Shown piece after piece: positions 18,782 through 28,734 of a stretch of 32,000 nt of DNA. Source of the DNA: Vibrio vulnificus CMCP6 (lineage in GTDB: Bacteria; Pseudomonadota; Gammaproteobacteria; Enterobacterales; Vibrionaceae); the NCBI RefSeq assembly GCF_000039765.1, contig NC_004459.3, forward strand, positions 1,920,001 through 1,952,000, in the 5' to 3' direction. The notes beneath the pieces are model-generated. The model saw only the letters and a list, made by a program, of their open reading frames with translations. It had not been told where the DNA came from and ran no database searches. Each line of letters opens with the position of its first letter. Within the stretch, counting starts at the first letter, position 1. A program made the position numbers and the translations under genes.

Positions 18782-20884
18782 ATGGCTAAGAAATTTACTC
18801 TGCCGTTTGCAGATAAGTTGCCTAAAATCCCCCAACGTTCAGTACCAGCCATTGGCGCACCGATTATGGTGTTGGCCACCTTGGCCATGGTGGTATTGCC
18901 AATTCCTCCGTTTCTACTGGATATGTTCTTTACCTTTAACATCGCCTTAGCCATGGTGGTGCTATTGGTCACGGTTTATACCCGAAGACCACTCGACTTC
19001 GCTGCCTTTCCCACCGTTCTACTGATTGCGACCTTGCTGAGATTGGCCTTGAACGTTGCCTCAACGCGTGTGGTTCTCCTGAAGGGTCACGAAGGGGGAG
19101 ACGCAGCGGGTAACGTTATCGAAGCGTTCGGTAACGTGGTGATCGGCGGTAACTACGCCGTTGGTCTTGTGGTGTTCCTGATCTTAATGATCATTAACTT
19201 TATGGTTGTCACCAAGGGTGCGGGCCGTATTTCCGAGGTAAGTGCTCGCTTCACCTTGGACGCTTTGCCTGGTAAGCAGATGGCGATCGATGCCGATTTG
19301 AACGCGGGTTTGATAGACCAAGAACAAGCGCGCTTACGCCGTTTTGAAGTGACCAAAGAAGCCGATTTCTACGGCTCGATGGATGGTGCATCGAAGTTCG
19401 TTAAAGGTGACGCCATCGCCGGTATTTTGATCTTGTTCATCAACATCATTGGTGGTTTGAGCATTGGTATGGCGCAGTATGATCTCGGTTTCTCCGACGC
19501 CATCAAAATCTATACATTGCTGACCATTGGTGATGGTCTGGTGGCGCAGATCCCATCGCTGTTGCTTTCTATCGCAGCGGCGATGATGGTGACTCGTCAG
19601 AATACCGATGAAGACATGGGCGAGCAGATGCTCTTCCAAATGTTTGATAATCCAAAAGCACTGACGATCACCGCGGCGATTCTAGGCATCATGGGGATTG
19701 TACCCGGTATGCCTCATTTTGCTTTCCTGACGCTAGCGGCGATCGCCGGAGCGGGCGCTTACTTTATTGATAAGAAGCAGAAGCAAAAGGCCAAAGAACC
19801 GAAAGTACCCGTGGTGGCAGACAGCAGCAATGCTCCCTCGGTACGTGAACTCTCATGGGATGACGTACAGCCGGTCGACATCATTGGCTTGGAAGTGGGT
19901 TATCGCTTGATCCCATTGGTAGATAGAGACCAAGGTGGCGAACTGCTTGAACGCGTGAAAGGGGTTCGTAAGAAGCTCTCGCAAGATTTTGGCTTTCTGA
20001 TCCCGCCAGTGCACATTCGTGACAACTTAGAACTCACTCCGAACAGTTATCGAATCACCTTGATGGGCGTGGCAGTGGGTGAAGCTGAAATTCGCCCTGA
20101 TCAAGAACTGGCCATTAACCCAGGTCAAGTGTATGGCATGATCGATGGTGAACCGACTATCGACCCAGCCTTTGGACTGGAAGCGGTTTGGATTCGACCA
20201 GACCAAAGAGAACACGCTCAAGCACTGGGCTACACCGTGGTGGACTCTTCTACCGTACTGGCTACGCACATGAGCCAGCTTCTAACCAACAATGCCTCTC
20301 AGCTCTTAGGCCATGAAGAAGTACAGAACTTACTGGAAATGTTGGGCCGAAGTGCACCGAAACTGGTCGAGAATTTTGTCCCTGATCAGCTCTCGTTGGG
20401 CTCTGTGGTGAAAGTGTTGCAAAACCTACTTAATGAAGCGATTCCAATTCGTGACATTCGTACGATTGTACAAACCTTGGCTGAATATTCCTCAAAGAGT
20501 CAAGAACCCGACATCCTGACGGCGGCGGTACGTATTTCATTGAAGAGACTAATCGTTCAGGAAATCAATGGAATAGAGCCTGAGTTGCCAGTTATTACCC
20601 TGATTCCAGAGCTGGAACAAATATTGCATCAGACCATGCAAGCGTCAGGTGGTGAGTCTGCGGGCATCGAACCCGGTTTGGCTGAAAGATTGCAATCATC
20701 GTTGATGATGGCGACTCAGGAGCAAGAGCTCAAAGGCGAACCAGCAGTCTTACTCACCTCCGGCGTGCTGCGGTCCACTCTGGCGAAATTTGTTAAGAAC
20801 ACGATTCCTAACCTCAGAGTGCTTTCGTATCAGGAAATTCCTGACGAAAAACAAATTCGAATTGTACAGGCTGTGGGTAACTGA
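18782..20884 (+). CDS. flhA: Flagellar export apparatus protein FlhA
   Basis: 700 aa; FHIPEP-family N-terminal TM region, ...SARFTLDALPGKQMAIDADLNAGLID... Confidence 0.97.
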   Translation: MAKKFTLPFADKLPKIPQRSVPAIGAPIMVLATLAMVVLPIPPFLLDMFFTFNIALAMVVLLVTVYTRRPLDFAAFPTVLLIATLLRLALNVASTRVVLLKGHEGGDAAGNVIEAFGNVVIGGNYAVGLVVFLILMIINFMVVTKGAGRISEVSARFTLDALPGKQMAIDADLNAGLIDQEQARLRRFEVTKEADFYGSMDGASKFVKGDAIAGILILFINIIGGLSIGMAQYDLGFSDAIKIYTLLTIGDGLVAQIPSLLLSIAAAMMVTRQNTDEDMGEQMLFQMFDNPKALTITAAILGIMGIVPGMPHFAFLTLAAIAGAGAYFIDKKQKQKAKEPKVPVVADSSNAPSVRELSWDDVQPVDIIGLEVGYRLIPLVDRDQGGELLERVKGVRKKLSQDFGFLIPPVHIRDNLELTPNSYRITLMGVAVGEAEIRPDQELAINPGQVYGMIDGEPTIDPAFGLEAVWIRPDQREHAQALGYTVVDSSTVLATHMSQLLTNNASQLLGHEEVQNLLEMLGRSAPKLVENFVPDQLSLGSVVKVLQNLLNEAIPIRDIRTIVQTLAEYSSKSQEPDILTAAVRISLKRLIVQEINGIEPELPVITLIPELEQILHQTMQASGGESAGIEPGLAERLQSSLMMATQEQELKGEPAVLLTSGVLRSTLAKFVKNTIPNLRVLSYQEIPDEKQIRIVQAVGN

Positions 20885-20933
20885 TCTATTAATTAATAAC
20901 TGATGGTTAAGCCCTGTTTAATGGACGAATGGT

Positions 20934-22427
20934 TTGAAAATAAAACGATTTTTTGCCAAAGACATGCGAACTGCATTACTCCAAGTAAAAGAAGAACTTG
21001 GCGTTGATGCTGTCATCATGTCGAATAAAAAAGTGGCTGGTGGCGTTGAAATCGTCGCTGCGATTGATGGTGACAATCAATCCTCCACTTTTGGCAGCAT
21101 GCCTAATTTAAGTCGCCGACAAGCGACAGCAACCCCGTCGACAGCAGGGCAATACACTGCGCCTCCCGCACGTAAAGCGACTCGCGATCTTCAAGACGAT
21201 CGCGTCAGTTTGCAGAGCGAGAAGACCAATGGCGGATCCATGACCAAACGCTTTGCCAACATGCTTAAGCAGTACAGCAATACAAGCGAAGAGAGCAGCT
21301 ACCGAGATGAATCGGCCGACTCTCTGAACTCATTGCTGGAAAGACAAAATAAGCATCGTGAAGAGCAAAATGGCAATGTCCGTATTCGCGAAAACTCGCC
21401 TTTGGCAAAGCTGATTGCGGAAGACCGTCGTATTCCACGCCCTGAGCCTCGTCTTGACCCAACGCGTTACGACCGCCGTAAGCCTCAAACTGAGCAGGAA
21501 GAAGGTTCTAACGAGCTAGAGAACATGCGCGAAGAGATGACATCGATTCGTCGTTTGCTTGAGCATCAGGTATCGGGTTTATTGTGGCAGGAAGTGGAAA
21601 GAAGAGAACCGCTGCGCGCCATGCTTATCAAACGTCTCGAGCGTATGGGTGTGTCGCCTGAATTGGCGGATCAGATGGCGTGTTACATTCCAGAAGATAC
21701 CAAGCCTGCCCGTGCATGGAAGGCTTTGCTCGCTTTGGTCTCAGACCAAATTAATGTCACCAAGCAAGATATTTTAAAGCGTGGTGGGGTTGTGGCGTTG
21801 TTAGGGCCAACGGGTGTTGGCAAAACCACCACCATCGCAAAATTGGCAGCAAGAGCGGCTATGGAGTATGGCGCGAACAATGTCGCGCTTGTCACCACAG
21901 ACACCTACCGTATTGGCGCTCACGAACAGCTTTCGATCTACGGCAGAATAATGGGATGTCCTGTAAAAGTTGCTAAAGATTCTAGTGAGTTAGCCGATGT
22001 AATCTATCAGCTTAGAAACAGAAAACTGATTTTAGTTGATACAGCAGGTATGGGGCAGCGCGATGTACGTTTATCAGAGCAGCTCGATACGCTCATGCAA
22101 GAGAGTGGGGAAGTAATACACAGCTATCTGGTACTTCCCGCTACAGCTCAAAGACGAGTGCTGCAAGAGACCATTGATCATTTTCGAAGAATTCCACTTT
22201 CAGGTTGTATCCTGACCAAACTGGATGAGTCACTCAGTTTGGGCGAATTTGTCAGTGTTGTGATTCAAAACGCGTTACCTGTGGCGTATATCGCCAATGG
22301 GCAGCGAGTTCCCGAAGATATCGTGATAGCACAACCAAAATATTTGATCGCGAAAGCGAATGAACTGCTTGAGAAGTCGACAGAGAATGAACCTCACTAC
22401 TGGAACAGTGACAACGAAGGATTCTAG
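20934..22427 (+). CDS. flhF: SRP-like GTPase FlhF, polar flagellar placement
   Basis: 497 aa, TTG start; MKIKRFFAKDMRTALLQVKEELG; G1 GPTGVGKTTTIAKLA; DTAGMGQRD. Confidence 0.96.
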   Translation: MKIKRFFAKDMRTALLQVKEELGVDAVIMSNKKVAGGVEIVAAIDGDNQSSTFGSMPNLSRRQATATPSTAGQYTAPPARKATRDLQDDRVSLQSEKTNGGSMTKRFANMLKQYSNTSEESSYRDESADSLNSLLERQNKHREEQNGNVRIRENSPLAKLIAEDRRIPRPEPRLDPTRYDRRKPQTEQEEGSNELENMREEMTSIRRLLEHQVSGLLWQEVERREPLRAMLIKRLERMGVSPELADQMACYIPEDTKPARAWKALLALVSDQINVTKQDILKRGGVVALLGPTGVGKTTTIAKLAARAAMEYGANNVALVTTDTYRIGAHEQLSIYGRIMGCPVKVAKDSSELADVIYQLRNRKLILVDTAGMGQRDVRLSEQLDTLMQESGEVIHSYLVLPATAQRRVLQETIDHFRRIPLSGCILTKLDESLSLGEFVSVVIQNALPVAYIANGQRVPEDIVIAQPKYLIAKANELLEKSTENEPHYWNSDNEGF

Positions 22428-22440
22428 GCGGCGGACTACT

Positions 22441-23328
22441 ATGACTGAGAATATGATACACGATCAAGCTAGCGGCCTCCGTCGCTTAACACAACCATCA
22501 TTGACCAAAGTGATTGCAGTTACTGGCGGTAAAGGTGGCGTGGGTAAATCAAATGTGACCCTAGGTTTGGCCATTGCGATGGCTCGCCAAGGTAAGAAAG
22601 TAATGGTACTGGATGCTGACCTAGGTCTGGCTAATGTCGACGTTATGCTCGGAATTCGTTCAAAACGTAACTTAGGACATGTATTAGCAGGTGAATGTGA
22701 GCTAAAAGATGCTATTGTTGAAGGACCATATGGTATTAAAATAATACCAGCCACTTCTGGAACACAGAGTATGACAGAGCTTTCACATGCACAACATGTG
22801 GGTCTGATTCGTGCTTTTGGTAGCCTAGAAGACGATATGGATGTGTTGCTGATAGATACAGCAGCCGGCATTTCTGATATGGTAATCAGTTTTTCACGTG
22901 CAGCTCAGGATGTGATTGTCGTAGTGTGTGATGAACCTACCTCAATTACCGATGCATATGCTTTAATTAAGCTATTGAGTAAAGAGCATCAGGTTCAACG
23001 CTTCAAGATTGTTGCAAATATGGTCAGAAGCTACCGAGAAGGTCGAGAATTGTTTGCAAAATTGACGTTGGTCACAGAGCGATTCTTGAATGTGAGCCTC
23101 GAACTCGTAGCATGTATTCCGTTAGATGATAAAGTTCGACAAGCGGTTAAAAAACAAAAAATTGTTGTGGACGCTTTCCCGCGTTCACCAGCCGCCTTGG
23201 CCATCAGTTCGTTAGCAAATAAAGCGCTGACCTGGCCAATTCCAAAGAGCCCAAGTGGTCATTTGGAATTCTTTGTCGAACGATTGCTGACGCGTAATGC
23301 ATTTATAGAGGAACCTTTTGGTGAATAA
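22441..23328 (+). CDS. flhG: MinD-like ATPase FlhG (FleN), flagellar number regulator
   Basis: MTENMIHDQASGLRRL...; deviant Walker A GGKGGVGKSNVTLGLA; track start 22360 adds 27 aa overlapping flhF. Confidence 0.95.
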   Translation: MTENMIHDQASGLRRLTQPSLTKVIAVTGGKGGVGKSNVTLGLAIAMARQGKKVMVLDADLGLANVDVMLGIRSKRNLGHVLAGECELKDAIVEGPYGIKIIPATSGTQSMTELSHAQHVGLIRAFGSLEDDMDVLLIDTAAGISDMVISFSRAAQDVIVVVCDEPTSITDAYALIKLLSKEHQVQRFKIVANMVRSYREGRELFAKLTLVTERFLNVSLELVACIPLDDKVRQAVKKQKIVVDAFPRSPAALAISSLANKALTWPIPKSPSGHLEFFVERLLTRNAFIEEPFGE

Positions 23329-24055
23329 AGCGCTCACTTATGACCAGCATGCAAATGTGAACAGTCAAAAACTGTTCATAGAAAGGTATTCTGTGCTGGT
23401 CAAACGCATTGCTCACCATTTGTTAGGGCGATTGCCTCCTAGTGTTCAGGTCGAGGATCTGATCCAAGCGGGTATGATTGGCCTGATAGAAGCTCAACAA
23501 AATTATGACGCCTCAAAAGGCGCAAGTTTTGAAACTTATGCTGGCATTCGTATCCGTGGTGCTATGCTTGATGATATCAGGCGTGGTGATTGGGTGCCTC
23601 GTTCGGTACACAAAAGCAATCGAGAGATTAGCCAAGCGATAGCCGAACTCGAGGGATTGCTAAACCGAGATCCTACTGATGCCGAAGTAGCAAAGCACAT
23701 GGGATTGTCTTTAGAGCAGTATCACGGTGCTTTGACAGATATCAATTGTTCTCGCTTGATTGGTATTGAAGATCTTGGTGTGTCGGATGATGTGATCACC
23801 TCGGTGGAAGATTCAGAAAACAATACCCCGTTTAAGGGCGTTGCTGATGAATATTTCAGAAAAGCGCTGGTTGAATCAATAAAACAATTACCAGAACGTG
23901 AAGCTTTGGTACTTTCGCTCTATTATGATGAAGAGCTAAACTTAAAAGAAATTGGGGAAATTCTGAGTGTTAGCGAGTCTCGCGTCAGTCAGATATTGAG
24001 CCAGTCAATGCAACGTTTGCGCACTAAGCTTAGTGCTTGGACACAAAATGATTAA
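23321..24055 (+). CDS. fliA: Flagellar sigma factor FliA (sigma28)
   Basis: (M)NKALTYDQHANVNSQKLFIERYSVLVKRIAHHLLGRLP; regions 2 and 4 typical of sigma28; start GTG 23321 preferred over TTG 23318; overlaps flhG. Confidence 0.96.
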   Translation: MNKALTYDQHANVNSQKLFIERYSVLVKRIAHHLLGRLPPSVQVEDLIQAGMIGLIEAQQNYDASKGASFETYAGIRIRGAMLDDIRRGDWVPRSVHKSNREISQAIAELEGLLNRDPTDAEVAKHMGLSLEQYHGALTDINCSRLIGIEDLGVSDDVITSVEDSENNTPFKGVADEYFRKALVESIKQLPEREALVLSLYYDEELNLKEIGEILSVSESRVSQILSQSMQRLRTKLSAWTQND

Positions 24056-24075
24056 AACACTGATTTTGACATTCA

Positions 24076-24468
24076 GTGGAGGCAATTTTGAATAAAAACA
24101 TGAAGATCCTTATTGTTGACGATTTCTCAACAATGCGCCGTATTGTAAAGAACCTGCTTCGTGATTTGGGTTTCAATAACACTCAAGAAGCTGATGATGG
24201 TCTGACAGCGTTACCTATGCTGAAAAAAGGTGATTTCGATTTCGTCGTTACGGATTGGAATATGCCTGGCATGCAGGGTATCGATCTGCTGAAAAACATT
24301 CGTGCAGACGCTGAACTGAAGCATCTACCAGTGCTGATGATCACCGCAGAAGCGAAGCGTGAGCAGATCATCGAAGCGGCTCAAGCAGGCGTTAATGGTT
24401 ACATTGTTAAGCCATTCACCGCAGCAACCCTGAAAGAAAAACTAGATAAAATTTTTGAACGTTTATAA
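24076..24468 (+). CDS. cheY: Chemotaxis response regulator CheY
   Basis: [25 protein letters not shown].., [17 protein letters not shown]. Start could be GTG 24076 or TTG 24088; GGAGG at 24078-24082 supports 24088. Confidence 0.96.
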   Translation: MEAILNKNMKILIVDDFSTMRRIVKNLLRDLGFNNTQEADDGLTALPMLKKGDFDFVVTDWNMPGMQGIDLLKNIRADAELKHLPVLMITAEAKREQIIEAAQAGVNGYIVKPFTAATLKEKLDKIFERL

Positions 24469-24589
24469 ACCTCGTTTGAAGATTACTTCGTCAGAGCTGC
24501 TATAAGCATTCATGCAATGCCAACCATTATATTGGCAGCTCATAAACGCAGCATGCTTCCGAAGCATAAACGAAAAGGGTCTATTCAGA

Positions 24590-25330
24590 ATGATCTCATT
24601 AGAGCAAGCAAAGTCTCTAGTTGAATTACTGGAACAGGGAGAGCAGGCAGCCGCCGATGAGCTGGTTGCGTCAATCTATGAGGAAAAAGGCAATCCAATG
24701 CTGCAAGAGATTGGTTCGCTTACTCGAGATCTGCACACTTCCCTGAAGAATTTCAGCTTAGATCAACGGATGACAGAAATTACAAACGATGAAATCCCAG
24801 ATGCAAGGGATCGCCTTCAATATGTCATCGAAAAAACCGAACTCGCAGCAAACAAGACCATGGATGCTGTCGAGCTCTGTCTCCCAATAGCCGATAATCT
24901 TCACGAATGCTTGCTACAAGTCCGTCCTCAGTGGAATGAACTGATGCACGGTCGCATCGAATTGAGTGAATTCAAGGCCCTTTGCCATCGTATCGAAGAT
25001 CTTTTAGTTCAAGTCGAAGGCGATAGCACAGAATTACGCGGCCAGTTAACAGAAATTTTGATGGCACAAGATTTCCAAGACTTAACTGGGCAGATTATCC
25101 GTCGCGTCATCACACTCGTAAACGAAGTGGAAGGGCGATTGGTCGATATCCTAACGGTGTTTGCTGGAAATAAACCGCCGAAGGACAAAACTCAAGAAAC
25201 ACAGAATCTTGCCGAAAAAGAAAAAAGTGGCAGCGAGCCAGAGGGTCCGATTTTGCACCCCGAGTTGCGTGAAGACGCAGTTGCATCGCAGGATGAAGTC
25301 GATGATTTGTTATCCAGTCTTGGATTTTAA
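24590..25330 (+). CDS. cheZ: Chemotaxis protein phosphatase CheZ
   Basis: MISLEQAKSLVELLEQGEQAAADELV..., AQDFQDLTGQIIRRVI catalytic region, C-terminal QDEVDDLLSSLGF; track start 24512 is probably too far upstream. Confidence 0.95.
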   Translation: MISLEQAKSLVELLEQGEQAAADELVASIYEEKGNPMLQEIGSLTRDLHTSLKNFSLDQRMTEITNDEIPDARDRLQYVIEKTELAANKTMDAVELCLPIADNLHECLLQVRPQWNELMHGRIELSEFKALCHRIEDLLVQVEGDSTELRGQLTEILMAQDFQDLTGQIIRRVITLVNEVEGRLVDILTVFAGNKPPKDKTQETQNLAEKEKSGSEPEGPILHPELREDAVASQDEVDDLLSSLGF

Positions 25331-25339
25331 AGGTAACGT

Positions 25340-27565
25340 ATGAGCTACGATTTAGACGAAGATATCCTTCAGGACTTTCTAATAGAAGCCGGGGAAATTC
25401 TGGAACTGCTTTCTGAGCAGTTAGTAGAATTGGAAAATAATCCAGAAGACAGGGATCTTCTCAATGCTATTTTCCGTGGATTCCATACCGTTAAAGGTGG
25501 CGCTGGATTTTTGTCGCTCACCGAGCTGGTTGAAACTTGCCATGGTGCGGAAAACGTGTTCGACGTATTGCGTAATGGTCAACGTTCCGTTTCTCCAAGC
25601 CTAATGGATACAATGCTGCGTTCCTTAGACACAGTAAACCATCAGTTTAAAGCGGTTCAAGATCGAGAGCCTCTCGAAGCAGCGGATCCTGAGTTGCTCG
25701 ACGAGCTGCATCGTTTGTGTCGCCCTGAATCGGAAGATGAAGTGGCTGCACCAGTTGCAGAAGAAGTCGTTGTAGCAGAGCCTGAACCTGAAATTATTCC
25801 AGAACCTGTAGTCGAAGCGCCTGCGCCAGCCAGCTCCGCGATTTCTTCAGTGGATGAAATCACTCAAGATGAGTTTGAAAAACTGCTTGATGAGCTGCAT
25901 GGCAAAGGGGCCGCACCGAGCGCACAAGCAGCAGCGCCAGCAGCACCGACGCCACCACCAGTGAGCGCATCGGTAGATAGCGGTGACATCACGGACGACG
26001 AATTTGAAAAACTGTTAGACGAATTACACGGTGCGGGCAAAAGCCCATCGGCGTCTGACTTCCAAGCAACGCCACCACCAGAGCCAGCTAAACCAGCGGC
26101 AAAAGCACCAAGTGCTGGTGATAGCGACTTGATGACCGACGAAGAGTTCGAAAAGCTATTAGATGAGCTGCATGGTTCAGGTAAAGGTCCTACCCTTGAG
26201 GAGTTGGATTTCGCAACCAAGCCTGCATCAGCAAATGTCGCTCCTGCGCCAGAGCCAGCTAAACCAGCAGCACCAGTTGCGCCGAAGCCAGCGGCGGCGC
26301 CTGCACCAGCTCGCGCAGAAGTGAAAGCGCCGGCGGTGCAAGAAGCGAAAGCCCCCGCGACTCAACAAGCAGCGAAGAAACCACAGGCAGAAGCGACGGT
26401 ACGTGTTGATACATCGACGCTGGACACCATCATGAACATGGTTGGTGAGCTTGTACTGGTTCGAAATCGTCTTTTGAGTCTCGGTCTGAATAGTAACGAT
26501 GAAGAGATGGCGAAAGCGGTAGCTAACCTAGATGTGGTGACCGCGGACCTGCAAGGCGCAGTAATGAAAACGCGCATGCAGCCCATTAAGAAAGTATTTG
26601 GCCGCTTCCCTCGCGTTGTTCGTGACTTGGCGCGTAACCTACAAAAAGACATCGTGCTGGAAATGCGCGGTGAAGAAACGGATCTCGATAAAAACCTGGT
26701 TGAGGCGCTTGCGGATCCTTTGATCCACTTGGTGCGTAACTCGGTTGACCATGGTATTGAGATGCCTGATGACCGTGCAAAAGCAGGTAAGTCTCGCACG
26801 GGTAAAGTGATACTCTCTGCATCTCAAGAGGGTGACCATATCGAACTCGCGATCATCGATGATGGCGGCGGTATGGACCCAGATAAACTTCGTGGCATCG
26901 CAGTGAAACGCGGCATGATGGATGAAGATGCTGCTGGACGTTTATCTGACAAAGAATGTTTCAACTTGATCTTTGCCCCCGGATTCTCCAGTAAAGAGAA
27001 AATATCAGACATTTCTGGACGTGGTGTAGGTATGGACGTGGTGAAAACCGCGATCAATACCCTAAATGGCTCGATTGATATCGATTCAGAGTTGGGCAAA
27101 GGAACCAAGATTACCATCAAAGTTCCGTTGACCTTGGCGATTCTACCAACACTTATGGTTGGTGTGGCTGGCCATCCGTTTGCGTTGCCATTGGCTTCTG
27201 TAAATGAAATCTTCCATTTAGATCTTAGCCGTACCAACGTTGTTGATGGTCAGTTAACCATCATCGTACGTGAAAAAGCGATTCCGCTGTTCTATCTACA
27301 AAACTGGCTCGCACCGAAGTCTGGTAAAGCGCAACTGCGCAAAGGACATGGTCACGTCGTTATCGTACAAATCGGCAGTCAACGCGTCGGTTTTGTTGTG
27401 GATACCTTGATTGGTCAAGAAGAAGTGGTTATCAAGCCATTAGACAACTTACTGCAAGGTACACCGGGTATGGCGGGTGCAACGATCACCAGTGATGGGC
27501 ATATTGCTCTGATTCTGGATGTTCCTGATTTACTTAAGCAGTACGCAGCGGCATCGCGTCTGTAA
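25340..27565 (+). CDS. cheA: Chemotaxis histidine kinase CheA
   Basis: 741 aa; HPt FRGFHTVKGGAGFL, dimerization domain, HLVRNSVDHGIE, GRGVGMDVV, C-terminal CheW-like domain; long Ala/Pro linker with three repeats. Confidence 0.97.
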   Translation: MSYDLDEDILQDFLIEAGEILELLSEQLVELENNPEDRDLLNAIFRGFHTVKGGAGFLSLTELVETCHGAENVFDVLRNGQRSVSPSLMDTMLRSLDTVNHQFKAVQDREPLEAADPELLDELHRLCRPESEDEVAAPVAEEVVVAEPEPEIIPEPVVEAPAPASSAISSVDEITQDEFEKLLDELHGKGAAPSAQAAAPAAPTPPPVSASVDSGDITDDEFEKLLDELHGAGKSPSASDFQATPPPEPAKPAAKAPSAGDSDLMTDEEFEKLLDELHGSGKGPTLEELDFATKPASANVAPAPEPAKPAAPVAPKPAAAPAPARAEVKAPAVQEAKAPATQQAAKKPQAEATVRVDTSTLDTIMNMVGELVLVRNRLLSLGLNSNDEEMAKAVANLDVVTADLQGAVMKTRMQPIKKVFGRFPRVVRDLARNLQKDIVLEMRGEETDLDKNLVEALADPLIHLVRNSVDHGIEMPDDRAKAGKSRTGKVILSASQEGDHIELAIIDDGGGMDPDKLRGIAVKRGMMDEDAAGRLSDKECFNLIFAPGFSSKEKISDISGRGVGMDVVKTAINTLNGSIDIDSELGKGTKITIKVPLTLAILPTLMVGVAGHPFALPLASVNEIFHLDLSRTNVVDGQLTIIVREKAIPLFYLQNWLAPKSGKAQLRKGHGHVVIVQIGSQRVGFVVDTLIGQEEVVIKPLDNLLQGTPGMAGATITSDGHIALILDVPDLLKQYAAASRL
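25859..26188 (+). repeat. Three tandem-dispersed coding repeats in the CheA linker (x-T-x-[DE]-E-F-E-K-L-L-D-E-L-H-G)
   Basis: ITQDEFEKLLDELHGKG (25859-25909), ITDDEFEKLLDELHGAGK (25988-26041), MTDEEFEKLLDELHGSGKG (26132-26188). Confidence 0.95.
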
Positions 27566-27595
27566 TCAGGGCTTAGTATTACAATAAGGATTCAA

Positions 27596-28726
27596 ATGGC
27601 GATAAAAGTATTAGTAGTTGATGACTCCAGTTTTTTCCGACGTCGGGTGAGCGAGATCATCAATGCAGAATCGCGCCTAGAAGTGATTGATGTGGCGGTA
27701 AATGGTAAAGAGGCGGTTGAAAAAGCCAAACGCCTCAAGCCGGACGTCATCACTATGGACATTGAAATGCCTGTCATGGACGGCATTTCAGCTGTTCGTG
27801 AAATCATGGCGTCGGTACCGACGCCTATTTTGATGTTTTCTTCGCTTACTCATGATGGTGCAAAAGCAACGCTAGATGCACTGGATGCCGGAGCTTTGGA
27901 TTTCTTACCGAAGAAATTTGAAGATATTGCTCGTAACCGAGATGAAGCCGTTTCGCTACTGCAACAGCGCGTCATTCAGATTGCTTCAAAGCGTGCATTT
28001 ATGCGTCGTCCTGTGGCCTCTTCTACGCCAGTTCAAGAAAGACCACAAAGTACGTTAAATCGCCCAACGACAGGGTTACGCCGTGAGGCGCCTGCACAAG
28101 CCCCCGTTTCTCGTGCGCCTGTGGCGGCTAAGTTCAGAGCTTCAGGAAAAAAATACCAGCTGACTGCGATTGGTACCTCAACTGGTGGGCCTGTCGCATT
28201 GCAGAAAATTCTGACCAAGCTACCAGCAAATTACCCTCATCCCATTGTACTTATCCAGCACATGCCTGCGACATTTACAGCCGCTTTTGCTAGCCGCCTA
28301 AACTCACTGTGTAAGATTCAAGTGAAAGAAGCGGAAGATGGCGACGTGCTACAAGCGGGCGTCGCTTATTTGGCGCCAGGTGGCAAGCAGATGATGATTG
28401 ATGGCCGCCCTGGAGCTGCAAGATTGCGCATTATTGATGGTGGTGAACGCATGAACTACAAGCCTTGCGTGGACGTCACTTTTGGATCTGCAGCGAAAAT
28501 TTACGCCGACAAAGTTCTCTCTATGGTGTTGACCGGGATGGGTGCGGATGGCCGTGAAGGTGCGCGCATGCTGAAATCGGCAGGGGCGACTATCTGGGCT
28601 CAGGATGAAGATAGCTGTGTTGTTTATGGCATGCCACAGGCTGTGGCCAAAGCAGGATTGTCAACTGAAGACCTGCCTTTGGAACGTATCGCCGAACGTA
28701 TGCTAGTTGAAGTGGGACTAGCATAA
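27596..28726 (+). CDS. cheB: Chemotaxis protein-glutamate methylesterase CheB
   Basis: 376 aa; receiver [21 protein letters not shown], catalytic GTSTGGP, ..[15 protein letters not shown]. Confidence 0.97.
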   Translation: MAIKVLVVDDSSFFRRRVSEIINAESRLEVIDVAVNGKEAVEKAKRLKPDVITMDIEMPVMDGISAVREIMASVPTPILMFSSLTHDGAKATLDALDAGALDFLPKKFEDIARNRDEAVSLLQQRVIQIASKRAFMRRPVASSTPVQERPQSTLNRPTTGLRREAPAQAPVSRAPVAAKFRASGKKYQLTAIGTSTGGPVALQKILTKLPANYPHPIVLIQHMPATFTAAFASRLNSLCKIQVKEAEDGDVLQAGVAYLAPGGKQMMIDGRPGAARLRIIDGGERMNYKPCVDVTFGSAAKIYADKVLSMVLTGMGADGREGARMLKSAGATIWAQDEDSCVVYGMPQAVAKAGLSTEDLPLERIAERMLVEVGLA

Positions 28727-28734
28727 GGACAGAT

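Noticed and set aside
24066-24094. TTGACA just before cheY considered as a -35 box
   Set aside because: The hexamer 17 nt downstream is a poor -10 match and would lie within the cheY start region.
25859-26188. Possible CRISPR or DNA-level tandem repeat
   Set aside because: Repeat units are conserved at protein level but diverge at codon level and lie in frame within cheA; not a CRISPR array.
25864-26220. Reverse-strand ORF of 118 aa opposite the CheA linker repeats
   Set aside because: Ser-rich antisense reading of a repetitive GC-biased coding region; cheA on the + strand explains it fully.
26362-26799. Reverse-strand ORF of 145 aa within cheA
   Set aside because: Shadow ORF opposite conserved kinase sequence, no recognisable domain and no upstream signals seen.
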